Position numbers and translations under genes: made by a program | Shown: positions 24,501 through 31,466 of the stretch, piece by piece | How the letters are laid out: the number at the start of each line of letters is the position of its first letter | How positions within the stretch are numbered: the stretch's first letter is position 1 | The notes under the pieces: generated by a model | Databases searched by the model: none | Told to the model about the DNA's origin: nothing | The model's input: the letters and a program-made list of their open reading frames with translations, nothing else | Virus record (IMG/VR): IMGVR_UViG_3300022804_000001 | Origin: a virus | DNA: 64,000 bases | Reading direction: 5' to 3' (one strand)

Positions 24501-26632
24501 GTATTTGTATCATCAGTATCCTCCGGTTGTGCTGGTGCTTGCTCCGTTTTTTTATACATATTCCCGGCTGCCCGCGTTACCTGTCCTGCTAATTCTAATT
24601 GAAAAAGTATCGTAAGCACGTCTTTGGTAGGCAACCCTGAATCCTGTACGATGTTATTAACATTTGTCTCCGCATCAATTGCATTCAAGACGCGTTCTCG
24701 CTGTTCTTCTTCACTTATTTGCTCAGTAGGTTCTTCCGGAGTTTCCTGTGTCTGTTGTGGTTCTGAAACTTCTTCTTCCGTCTCAGATATTTCGTCGGGT
24801 TGTTCCTGTACTGGAGTTTCAGTATCGGTTTCATTTGTTGTTTCTTGCTCAATTTGTTCATCTTCGACTTGTGGGGGTAGTATTTCATTTGCGCGTGTAA
24901 CAACGCGTTGGAAAAGTTGAGCACCTTCTTGTGGTGTCATATTCAGTTCACGTTGCATCTTATTAACAGCATCATTCAATTGTTGTGAGATGTACCGTAA
25001 AGGAGTGCCTTTCTCTATTGCTTCAACATAAGATTGTGCTTGTGTTTCGACAAACTGTTCAGTAGGATCAGACTCTTCGGTTGGTACTGTCTCTGTAGTC
25101 TGTTCGGTAGGCTGCGTTTGTGTTTCTTCGATTTGTTCCGTTGAATCGGGTTGTTCCGTTGGTTGGATTTGTTCTGGTGGTGTTTCTTGTGTTGTATCCT
25201 CTTGAGGTTGCTGTTGCCTTTCTTCTCGACGCAACTCCCGACGTGCTTCCCTTTCTCTACGATTGTTCTGATGGTTTTGCCACATTGAGTTGATGTCTAC
25301 CTTGAATGTTGGAATTTGTGTTGGTCCTGATGCGATAATACGACCATTATCTCTCACACCGGGTTGATGTGAACCGGATAACACAGCGTCGCGTGCGCCG
25401 GCATAACTATCAATGCCGTGCGACTTATCTATGAGGATAGCGTTTTCCACGTCTACTTCGCCAAATGCGCCACCGCTAAACCATACCTGCCAATGTCGAT
25501 TGTCAAATTCACCGGTTTCCGGGTTTGGCACGCGTTTGACAGTCATTGCACCGACACTCGATTCATCGTTGGGGTCACCATAAGCATATTTACGTGTGTT
25601 ATCAAAAGTTTGTTTTGAGCCGGGTGTCTGCGGCATCACAACAGAACCATCAGACATTTGCCATAATTCATGCACAAACGGTACAACGCCACCGGGCAGT
25701 GCTTGTGGTGTTTTCGGGGCTTGTTGTCCGAATTGTATACCTAATCCTGCACCTTGTGTTTGTGGTTCTTGTTCAAGTGGCACAAGATGCATAGGGCGTC
25801 CACTTGGTGGCAGCGTCGTTTTCAAGCCGGGTGGTGTTAGTATTGTACCTGATGGATCACCTGGCAATGTTGTCTGCGATCCAGGAGGTGTTTGTGGTCT
25901 TGCTTGTGTTGTTTGCGGTGTTCTTGGTGGTGTAGGTGGTGGTGTCGTTTGTGAGGGTATTTCAGGTGGCACATCCGGTGGCGGTCCATCAGCTGATAGA
26001 TCGGGTCTACCTTGCAAAGAGCGTGCAAGCCCGCTTGTACCAAGATCAATAGCAACATCTGCACCTAATTCAAGCGGCCATTCTTCTATACCTGTGAACA
26101 CATCAAGAGCTTCAGCTCCACGTGCAGCATGCGTGAAACCACGACTACCTGCTGCGCGCCCAAGCGTAGATGCAAGCGTTGTTCTTCCCGCAGCACGCGC
26201 ACCAGCACCGGCAAGAGCCGTCCCTAATCTACCAACAGGCACAAATGCTGCCAGCCCCGTAAGCGTTTGAAGTGGACGATCGCCAAGCCCACCACCTTCA
26301 GCAACGACTGTGCCTGCTGCACGGAAAGGTGAAGTAACAACACTTTTGGCAACTTCACCGACACCGCCTATAATGCCATGCCTTTGGAAGTGTTCTCCTG
26401 CGGCTTTAACGCCTATGCCGGGGTCACTAAAAGCCCGTGCAATACCGCGTAGTTCCCGACCAACCCCGTAACTTGCATCGTTTAGCGCACGTTCTACTAC
26501 ACCGTAGCGACGCCAGTCATTCCGCAGACGCTCTTGGAACGCCTCCCAAGAACCCGGTGTATTAAACAAACCATAGTTGATGGCATTCGCTATCATTTGT
26601 TGTTCTTCTGGTGTAAACGTTACTGTTGCCAT
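18560..26632 (-). CDS. giant (2,690 aa) polyvalent-type virion/ejection protein
   Basis: One uninterrupted ORF. Pro/Thr linker at aa 215-290. Several Glu/Gln/Thr-rich acidic linkers. wHTH-like segment at aa 646-695. ParB/Srx-like motif DAVGGNHRLILLK at aa ~1035-1047. Exact JAMM motif HNHTSKIAKFSADD at aa 1581-1594. Hydrophobic C-terminal segments. It ends the internal-protein module. Confidence 0.85.
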   Translation of the reverse strand: MATVTFTPEEQQMIANAINYGLFNTPGSWEAFQERLRNDWRRYGVVERALNDASYGVGRELRGIARAFSDPGIGVKAAGEHFQRHGIIGGVGEVAKSVVTSPFRAAGTVVAEGGGLGDRPLQTLTGLAAFVPVGRLGTALAGAGARAAGRTTLASTLGRAAGSRGFTHAARGAEALDVFTGIEEWPLELGADVAIDLGTSGLARSLQGRPDLSADGPPPDVPPEIPSQTTPPPTPPRTPQTTQARPQTPPGSQTTLPGDPSGTILTPPGLKTTLPPSGRPMHLVPLEQEPQTQGAGLGIQFGQQAPKTPQALPGGVVPFVHELWQMSDGSVVMPQTPGSKQTFDNTRKYAYGDPNDESSVGAMTVKRVPNPETGEFDNRHWQVWFSGGAFGEVDVENAILIDKSHGIDSYAGARDAVLSGSHQPGVRDNGRIIASGPTQIPTFKVDINSMWQNHQNNRREREARRELRREERQQQPQEDTTQETPPEQIQPTEQPDSTEQIEETQTQPTEQTTETVPTEESDPTEQFVETQAQSYVEAIEKGTPLRYISQQLNDAVNKMQRELNMTPQEGAQLFQRVVTRANEILPPQVEDEQIEQETTNETDTETPVQEQPDEISETEEEVSEPQQTQETPEEPTEQISEEEQRERVLNAIDAETNVNNIVQDSGLPTKDVLTILFQLELAGQVTRAAGNMYKKTEQAPAQPEDTDDTNTDSTATTQTQTEEPEEDSETETAGTTENEDITPLREEIEGDYVSTPFKPEYLGNLTDEQIDSTRVELEGMGNHYTGYSLLEGDQRIGGIEHISKHTVKFAQDGTTFTGIGLVDESKTKEVPEKVIFYAYDPKRTIDEAQALSTAENVHSFDEHDWGDGEWNAFYPTFNTLEELLAYTNRTDQTQDTPSEETEVETQTPATPEAEPTPEEAARAEVDTERETLPEYEGDQDVIRWQQSDGSWEETPVVYKLIEHRSAVASHKLSDNRVSLERNPAYNWDLGIQGRAEGRYEEIQERARANQFNPNLPLEKTQGMGRGTPTLLNSYDAVGGNHRLILLKLIYLRAGGTAEAYLQALTERLPEFGIDPAVLEQFTEPVLVRQVIGEISDPKAFGEASNTPDAAPRTAEHQAVQDAESLTSDIFDAFSFGETGGSNRKTIAEMLADPTDQNLTAFLEFIDELDQAERSRYRRGNTRKLAPNARHLFENAVLAKTFTSERGKLMFEAKENGTLVPTQNTRALMMMLPHLAKFDALLQLYHPNVQALSISDDVGAALQYLSHLRGEPNNFKIGQAAAHIDSMSPDADPTLTPESIVLMRTFNGIKDTGPIANVVINYVAKAIENIKASGVSVAIQKSLFKGTKEYMGPSKLDMLNEVIEETTKPKKQTQETTQPSLFGDEQQTTEEKSEDVQDEEAIKQQAMLDMGLDPDDMPDDFDPEQDIEDLEYYEELARDRNDEFSDYKRKSPNANWEHAYPKTKTERADVRKEYRQKINTIIQETPTLQRKPLQVTDRQIKMNKYFQLRGRNLRSAAEGAILAQFIRNPLVESTLILLRKSNIVVGAEWFSLGQSDTTTPGSMDEVERLLDETGADDFIRVHNHTSKIAKFSADDKVTTQKWRDRFGNRLAAEVIINEGTYATSQFDKTGDEMWLEEQKLDLQNGLPEAPFIGSFLKTPDGWTTFIMTDDAGNIRSVVEKQGFMDMNRRDILGTLDGYLNAAQATKMHIFVGRGNNTDGMANLHSTIRGKPEFASAWIDGIPLEQKQVLGSDLPQGVQDPVLRDYTTAANRVAPGSYFVPHGTEPGTVNPDKIGFFSRLRSLFDPAASLKAKLDGYTPKMKLNLERTRREYMSGYRNLETMGPVGAEIREIAEHLLRLQEQGTARDLNTLESHRKELIDLAKQRTKGQKGAAREAVYSMISEQVYRFMEENTPIEDAEIAQIATGWKETWRKILKAHDIYMMQLREKVEALGEQLLVYSTSGKEPKPWTPILPGHRWLDDYKMFIRDSDGATLTLEQAIDETSYLYMPHVYPRSHWTELMNQVETGVLDRLLEAERDPDIEEVPGFIIRDTDDGRIYEFTRTGETYDSKQAAIAGARAFWNASYAMAQQQLATKESDLLGRFGSLEIARETHDRLYNRDVMTLLDHTALFWRRFAEISVWGQHDPATGKHPRLQKYLSRLEQTTLDADEHALKVLTDTLLSHEMFEKLPSFVEGETQAYHILRNWKHPVRDPQYWEDKPPPPPDHPVDIERMQRENPEGWTPEVLESLQRIGLIEQKGDAQWTIKGETKAAKDTTFVKIMVPFFETRQLREQTLRKIVQGLGHWDQLEPVDSQSNKFWQLLNSMTTMFTLGFGNAAQNIAEVPWLAAMSGSKPLMIGLQRFSTDTEFRQMLPRFGATLNKARDYLAQGELQNRYMSMIGFTTTEKWSRLMGTAVGWETARDAIQAHIQNPNKNTISRLQELNISPAAVQQYNEALTNNEAPSLDDLVKEAERRVLDGAMMLGGLRPPDTPAPTHPMVDLIGDEMAKSARYVSTRIFKGYNALSMPNFLTKKNPMLRTFFKYKAWSAQMHQFIWEQMRYAAKQAKAGNLKPAMRLAIGAGFMMGSAAVMTSVFNALRGRERDEDRNRILEALAQSQAAGAISTIIEISQISDQNPYRASQMISSFFSAPVIGITSRIAGELFAGKPRAAATEFGLRFPFVREIPRIQQIRGE

Positions 26633-26635
26633 TAT

Positions 26636-28135
26636 TTATAGTCCTAACCTTTTTGCTTCAGCAATCGCTGCTTCAAGTGCCTGTTGTGTCGTAGGATTTG
26701 CTGCACCTTGTGTGATAATTTCTTGGTTGATTTGCGCGCTTAGGTCAGATATTTTCTGCGTAACATCAGTTTGTAAATTCCTTCTATGTTTCAGTGTAGT
26801 AGGTATATTCCCAATTTTTCTGCCTGCCTTTGTGCCAGCGCGCCATGCGCCTTTACCGACACGTGGTATCACCCGTGCTGGATTTGTATATCTGAAAAAC
26901 CTGCCATAGTTACCCGGTAAAAAACCGCCTAATGTTGCAGCACCGGTGTACCCTAAACCTGCCCAGCCGAGATTGCCCCAATTGAACCAACCGTCATCGG
27001 TAACACCTTCATCGATTTGTTTCTGTTGTTCAGGTGTGAGTTTTGGATCAGGCGTACCACTAATACCAAACCAAAAAGCGTTGTATATTTTTTGTTCAAG
27101 TGTGTCAATACCGGCTGGCGTTTTACCAACACGTTGTAGCATTTCATTATAGGTCTCTGCCACCTCTGGATCAGATAAACCCGTGACAAAGCCACCGGCA
27201 TATCTGTTAATATCATCGGGTGTGTACTGAAAAGAATATCCAAGATTACTGCGAACAGAACGTCCTTCCTGTTTTGCCATTTCAAGTATTTGATATTCAG
27301 ATAACTCTGGTGCGAGCCAACCTTTTCTTTGTTTTATGTCTTTGACTTTTTGCGCGAAGCTTCGCCCGCGTGCTTGTGCGAGATCAAAGTATTCCGATCT
27401 AAATGTCGGTGATTTCGCAGTAGGTTGCCCTTCGGCTAATGTGCGCGCATTGAGCAAATTGATATTCGCCTGCAGCTGCTGCACCTCCCACGGCAACATT
27501 TTGTTGATACGATCAAGTTGCGCTTTGCTTAAATCGTATCGAGACGCAGATAACGCCAAATTCCAAGGATGTAGTTCTGCGGATTGATCTGTTGCTTGTC
27601 GCATGGCTCGCACCTGTTCTTGTAGCTGTTCGGGAAGGTATTGTAGGCTTATTTTACTTGCTTCATTTCCAATCCGTTGCGCTTCAAGTAATCCCGGACG
27701 ATATGTACGCATAAATGCGTTATCGTCTCGCATTCTGTCAGTTGCCAATCCTTGCTGTGTGATCTGACCACGTGTGATCTGAACATTGAGCGGGTGTAGT
27801 TCACCGCGTTGTTGATATGTTTGTCCGCTCAATGCATTGGCAAGTTGCATGCCGGTAACCCGATATGGATGAATCTCTGCACTCTGTTCAATTGTCTGTG
27901 CTGTTCCTTGATTTGCGAGTTCTGCTGCAGTTACGCGATGGGGTTGTAATGCTTGTGCAAAATTCCGTCCCTGTTCTGCGGTCGCAAGGTTAGATAATGT
28001 TGTAGCACGATTCAACGCGTGTGTTCGTTCCCATCGGTCATCCGTGATAGTATCGCGTTCGTCGCGATACATATTCGCCAGCCGTCTCCCTAACATCATT
28101 TGTGAGCCTTGTAAAGCACCACTCAAAAATCCCAT
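26636..28135 (-). CDS. internal virion protein candidate
   Basis: 499 aa. Gln-rich helical repeats with a recurring (I/L)HP(Y/L/W)(R/N)(V/L) motif. C-terminal Gly/Trp-rich hydrophobic region. TAATG coupling to the upstream gene. Confidence 0.6.
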   Translation of the reverse strand: MGFLSGALQGSQMMLGRRLANMYRDERDTITDDRWERTHALNRATTLSNLATAEQGRNFAQALQPHRVTAAELANQGTAQTIEQSAEIHPYRVTGMQLANALSGQTYQQRGELHPLNVQITRGQITQQGLATDRMRDDNAFMRTYRPGLLEAQRIGNEASKISLQYLPEQLQEQVRAMRQATDQSAELHPWNLALSASRYDLSKAQLDRINKMLPWEVQQLQANINLLNARTLAEGQPTAKSPTFRSEYFDLAQARGRSFAQKVKDIKQRKGWLAPELSEYQILEMAKQEGRSVRSNLGYSFQYTPDDINRYAGGFVTGLSDPEVAETYNEMLQRVGKTPAGIDTLEQKIYNAFWFGISGTPDPKLTPEQQKQIDEGVTDDGWFNWGNLGWAGLGYTGAATLGGFLPGNYGRFFRYTNPARVIPRVGKGAWRAGTKAGRKIGNIPTTLKHRRNLQTDVTQKISDLSAQINQEIITQGAANPTTQQALEAAIAEAKRLGL

Positions 28136-28977
28136 TACATTCTCCTTGCTAATGGTGATCTAACAGGTAAAGAGCGTTTAGACATAACAAGGCTTGTATC
28201 ACCGAGTTCCACAGGTGAAGCATGTATGCCTGTTGGCAATCTACTTTGTGCATGATTGGCTGCATCTGTTAATACTTGATGCACAGGTCTAATCCGAAAT
28301 GTACGTCCGCGTGATTCGTCGTATAATGGGTGATTCGTCGGTAAATTCGGATTCCTATGTTTCGGATTACGAAATATACCCGAATACACTGTCATCGTCT
28401 CCGGTGGTGCAACAGGCATCGCTTGCACATCCGCACGGACAGGTTCAAGTCCCGGTTGGTAATTTTCACCAAACACTTCTCTATAAGTATCCTGCCATGT
28501 GTGTGTAGGTGTTATCGGTGGCGCAACTTGATGAGGTCGTGTTATAACAGGTCGCGGTTGATAACCGGGTTGTGCCACAGAGCCACCGGGAGTCATAGGT
28601 GTTGGTAGTGGTGTGCGTCTTGACGCTTCAGCAGCACCCGGCACTTCATATCCCGACCTACCCACCGTATTAAACCTGTGCGAACCGTGGCTCGCTTCAA
28701 TCCAAGCTGGATCGGATAATAAACCTTCATATTGAAGTGTATTTATTTGATGTTCACTCAAACCTAACGCATACAATCTGCGAGCTGTCGCTTTTTCATC
28801 TTCTGTCAAATAATTATTAAAAAAAAGACTGTTCGGATCGTGAGGATCATATTGCCATTGGAATGCTTCTGCGATCAGTGCAGGCATGCCTAATGCTTTC
28901 AATATACCGCGTCCAAGTGCACGTGGGGTTTGTTTAAGTGCTGTTCCTAAAGAGGCAGCGGGTCTGGCAATTTGCAT
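28135..28977 (-). CDS. hypothetical virion-module protein (Pro-rich centre)
   Basis: 280-aa ORF, tightly coupled to its neighbours. Confidence 0.6.
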   Translation of the reverse strand: MQIARPAASLGTALKQTPRALGRGILKALGMPALIAEAFQWQYDPHDPNSLFFNNYLTEDEKATARRLYALGLSEHQINTLQYEGLLSDPAWIEASHGSHRFNTVGRSGYEVPGAAEASRRTPLPTPMTPGGSVAQPGYQPRPVITRPHQVAPPITPTHTWQDTYREVFGENYQPGLEPVRADVQAMPVAPPETMTVYSGIFRNPKHRNPNLPTNHPLYDESRGRTFRIRPVHQVLTDAANHAQSRLPTGIHASPVELGDTSLVMSKRSLPVRSPLARRM

Positions 28978-28979
28978 TC

Positions 28980-29252
28980 TTAATGCTCCAGTAGATACTC
29001 TCTACCTTTATCAGTGAGCTGATATTTTTTCTGTTTGAACAATTCTTTTTCTTTGACTTCCTCAAGCAATCCGTATCGTTTAAGGTCTATGACAGCAGCT
29101 GTGACAGCAGCAACAGGTTCAATTTTATTAGGGTCATCAATATACTGACAAATACGAGCAATATCACCCATTGTTTGTACATCTTTAGTCATGAAAGTTT
29201 CAATGACTTTGAGTTCACGTAGTTTCGCTCTATGTCCAAAAGGGATTGACAT
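28980..29252 (-). CDS. small winged-helix DNA-binding-like protein
   Basis: 90 aa. MGDIARICQYI...VIDLKRYGLLEEV...KKYQLTDKGREYL resembles a PadR/MarR-type wHTH. Confidence 0.5.
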   Translation of the reverse strand: MSIPFGHRAKLRELKVIETFMTKDVQTMGDIARICQYIDDPNKIEPVAAVTAAVIDLKRYGLLEEVKEKELFKQKKYQLTDKGREYLLEH

Positions 29253-29261
29253 ATCTTTTCC

Positions 29262-29498
29262 TTATTTCTTTATATCGTAGTTGCCATCGATAATCCGTTC
29301 AGCAAGTGATAGTGCTTCTTCTTTTGAAGCAAAAGCGGCTATTCCTTGATGATCGGCTTCTAATACCCACGGTTTACTCTTGGTAGCTCCAACATTAGAC
29401 CATGACATCATATCCTTAGCAATCTTGTTCGCATTGAAAGATTTTATTTGGCTTCTATTCATGATAACATTGTTGTATTTGAACCAACGTTCTTCCAT
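29262..29498 (-). CDS. hypothetical protein
   Basis: The ATG at 29498 lies 9 nt after GGGAGGA and 1 nt after the upstream stop. The longer track start (29546) would overlap the upstream gene by 47 nt. Confidence 0.5.
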   Translation of the reverse strand: MEERWFKYNNVIMNRSQIKSFNANKIAKDMMSWSNVGATKSKPWVLEADHQGIAAFASKEEALSLAERIIDGNYDIKK

Positions 29499-29499
29499 T

Positions 29500-30423
29500 T
29501 TAGTAAAGTCCTCCCGGTCCTGTATAGAGTCTTGGGGCAGCGCCATGTAAATATTTTCTTGGTGTTGGAAGTGGTTCTATCCCCTCAAGAAACCCATAGT
29601 CAATCTCAGGTTCAGCTACGTTCATTAGACCAGGTGTCGGATTCAAATCGTCAAACGCAACTTCAAAGCCCGGCATCGTTATATCAGGAACTCCCATACT
29701 CATATCTGGCATAGTCGGTATGTGCGGTGCTGAAGGCATCGCATCAGGCAATTCCATGTTCGGTGGAATTGCCATCGGTGTTTGGGGCGGGGGCATTGTC
29801 ATGGGAACTGGTGAACGTGGTATCATCGGTGGCGGTAATACATCCGGCACAGCTGGCGTCCAACCGGGCGTCATCGACGGCGTCAATGGATCACGCGGTG
29901 TCAATGTCGGATCAGGAACATCGTCCCAATCGTTGGGTCCAACCGTCGGTGGCGTTAGCGGAGGATTCGTAAACATCGGTACAAGACCTATAGGTGGAAT
30001 AAATCGACCGCTTCTGCGAGCAGGTAACCCACCGGGATTGTAGGGTGTCATTGCACCACCACCACTGCGTACCATCGCACCACCAGGATTGTAAGGTGTC
30101 ATTGCACCACCGCTACGTACCATCGCACTACCTCCAGTTGGGACAGCTTTACCACCAGCGTTGTAAGGCATCATGCCACCGCCACCACTTTGAACCATAG
30201 AGTTGCTGCTCGGCATCATACCACCGCCACCGCTACGCATCATGTTAGGTCTCATGGTAGCGTTTCCTACCATATCATCAGCAATACTACCCGCGGTTCT
30301 ACCAGCTCGCGCACCTCTACCTGCAGTCCATAACGCACGACCTTCCTTCACTATATCCGCAGCAGAACGAAGCGGTTTACCAGCTCGCATTGCTAACTGA
30401 AGTGCTGTTTTTAGCATTCCCAT
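29500..30423 (-). CDS. Gly/Met/Pro-rich repeat protein (internal virion protein candidate)
   Basis: 307 aa. MVRSGGGAMTPYNPGG-type repeats. The C-terminal half is Pro-rich. AAAGGAG RBS. Confidence 0.65.
   Translation of the reverse strand: MGMLKTALQLAMRAGKPLRSAADIVKEGRALWTAGRGARAGRTAGSIADDMVGNATMRPNMMRSGGGGMMPSSNSMVQSGGGGMMPYNAGGKAVPTGGSAMVRSGGAMTPYNPGGAMVRSGGGAMTPYNPGGLPARRSGRFIPPIGLVPMFTNPPLTPPTVGPNDWDDVPDPTLTPRDPLTPSMTPGWTPAVPDVLPPPMIPRSPVPMTMPPPQTPMAIPPNMELPDAMPSAPHIPTMPDMSMGVPDITMPGFEVAFDDLNPTPGLMNVAEPEIDYGFLEGIEPLPTPRKYLHGAAPRLYTGPGGLY
30030..30245. repeat. 48-nt coding tandem repeat
   Basis: Units at 30030-30077 and 30078-30125 are about 90% identical. Further degenerate units run to about 30245. 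Each encodes a 16-aa MVRSGGGAMTPYNPGG unit. Confidence 0.7.
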
Positions 30424-30451
30424 AATCGTCTCCTTTTAACTATAAAGTAAT

Positions 30452-30477
30452 TTTCATATCTTTTAAAAGATATGAAA
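30452..30477. promoter_or_regulatory. perfect 26-bp AT-rich palindrome
   Basis: TTTCATATCTTTT|AAAAGATATGAAA lies in the 81-nt gap between two late genes, just upstream of the AAAGGAG RBS of 29500-30423. Confidence 0.5.
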
Positions 30478-30504
30478 TGATATGTAAATAATATAAAAGA
30501 TACG

Positions 30505-31257
30505 TTATCTACCTGTAAAACTGGGGTATGTTAGACGGCTTGCACCTGTTTTACTCCTGACTTGAGAGAAGGTATTTCCCAATTTACTTCCTCCACTTAA
30601 TGCTGGACGTTTTGAACCAATACCAGAGTTAACTTTCGGTATATGTGTGAACCCACCCCCTCGTTGTGTTCCGTATCCTCGTGGTGTTAATATCGGACTT
30701 CTGACACTGAACGGACTTTCTCCTAAAGAGACCGTCGGTTTCTGTGGTTGGCTATTCCGAAGTTCGTGTAGCAACCCTACAGTGTTCACAATTCCCATAC
30801 CTATTTGTCCTAATTCCGATCTACGTTGTGCGAGTAGATCATGTCCAAATCCCATACCCTGAAGCGATTGTGCTGCTAATGCATTCGTAAGTGCTTTGCT
30901 CTGTTCGGTATAGGTATCTGCCATGATTCGTCCAGCAATTGTACTATTTGTTAATCCTGATCTGCCTAAATAACCGCCTAACTCATGACGCATCTGATCG
31001 TAGTGTCCGCTCAACTGGTTCGCAAGATGGTTTTTGTAGCTAACTGGTAGAATTCCACTCGCTAACGCATCTGCTTGCTCAAGACGTTCTGCATTTTCTT
31101 CTGCGCCGAAATAACCTGATAGTCCGCCAATAAGCCCACCACCGATCGCGCCGATTACTGTACCGGGACCAGGGAAAAGTGAACCTATTGATGCACCTGT
31201 TGCGGCGCCGCTTAAGAGACCTGTGCCGGTGTCTGTTAGGTATGTTCGCCAAGCCAT
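30505..31257 (-). CDS. glycine-zipper membrane protein (internal virion protein candidate)
   Basis: 250 aa. N-terminal GATGASIGSLFPGPGTVIGAIGGGLIGGLSGYFG glycine-zipper TM segment. Confidence 0.6.
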   Translation of the reverse strand: MAWRTYLTDTGTGLLSGAATGASIGSLFPGPGTVIGAIGGGLIGGLSGYFGAEENAERLEQADALASGILPVSYKNHLANQLSGHYDQMRHELGGYLGRSGLTNSTIAGRIMADTYTEQSKALTNALAAQSLQGMGFGHDLLAQRRSELGQIGMGIVNTVGLLHELRNSQPQKPTVSLGESPFSVRSPILTPRGYGTQRGGGFTHIPKVNSGIGSKRPALSGGSKLGNTFSQVRSKTGASRLTYPSFTGR

Positions 31258-31466
31258 ACGGGTACTCCTCTCTGTTGTAAGGGCTTTATCATAACATGTT
31301 GATCATAAAATGCATTCTCTATCACACCTGAACCCCAATCTCGATGAAAAGCATCTAAATCAGCTAACACCGGCGGACGATTTGGCGGACACACTACGCT
31401 AAAAGGTGGTAGCAGCGCAAGACACATACAACCTATACTGGACTTTAGAAATTGGCGTCTATCCAC
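31236..31466 (-). CDS. small protein with twin-arginine (Tat) signal
   Basis: GTG at 31466-31464 lies 6 nt after GGGAGGA and overlaps the upstream stop (TAGTG). VDRRQFLKSSIGCMCLALLPPF matches the (S/T)RRxFLK consensus plus an h-region. 76 aa. Confidence 0.55.
   Translation of the reverse strand: MDRRQFLKSSIGCMCLALLPPFSVVCPPNRPPVLADLDAFHRDWGSGVIENAFYDQHVMIKPLQQRGVPVWLGEHT

Noticed and set aside
25596-26270. 224-aa plus-strand ORF, and many other 60-135-aa ORFs (for example 18582-18989, 20913-21308, 21777-22157), antisense to the giant gene
   Set aside because: They lie entirely inside an uninterrupted 8-kb minus-strand ORF that has recognisable motifs. Their sequences are low-complexity Gly/Cys/Pro/Ser shadows of the Pro/Thr/Glu-rich sense frame, and they have no RBS.
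18560-26632. Calling the giant protein an N4-like or crAss-like virion RNA polymerase
   Set aside because: It is attractive because of the hairpin elements in the early region. However, I could not find T7-like motif A/C or two-barrel DxDGD-type metal-binding motifs by eye. It is left as a test to run, not a claim.
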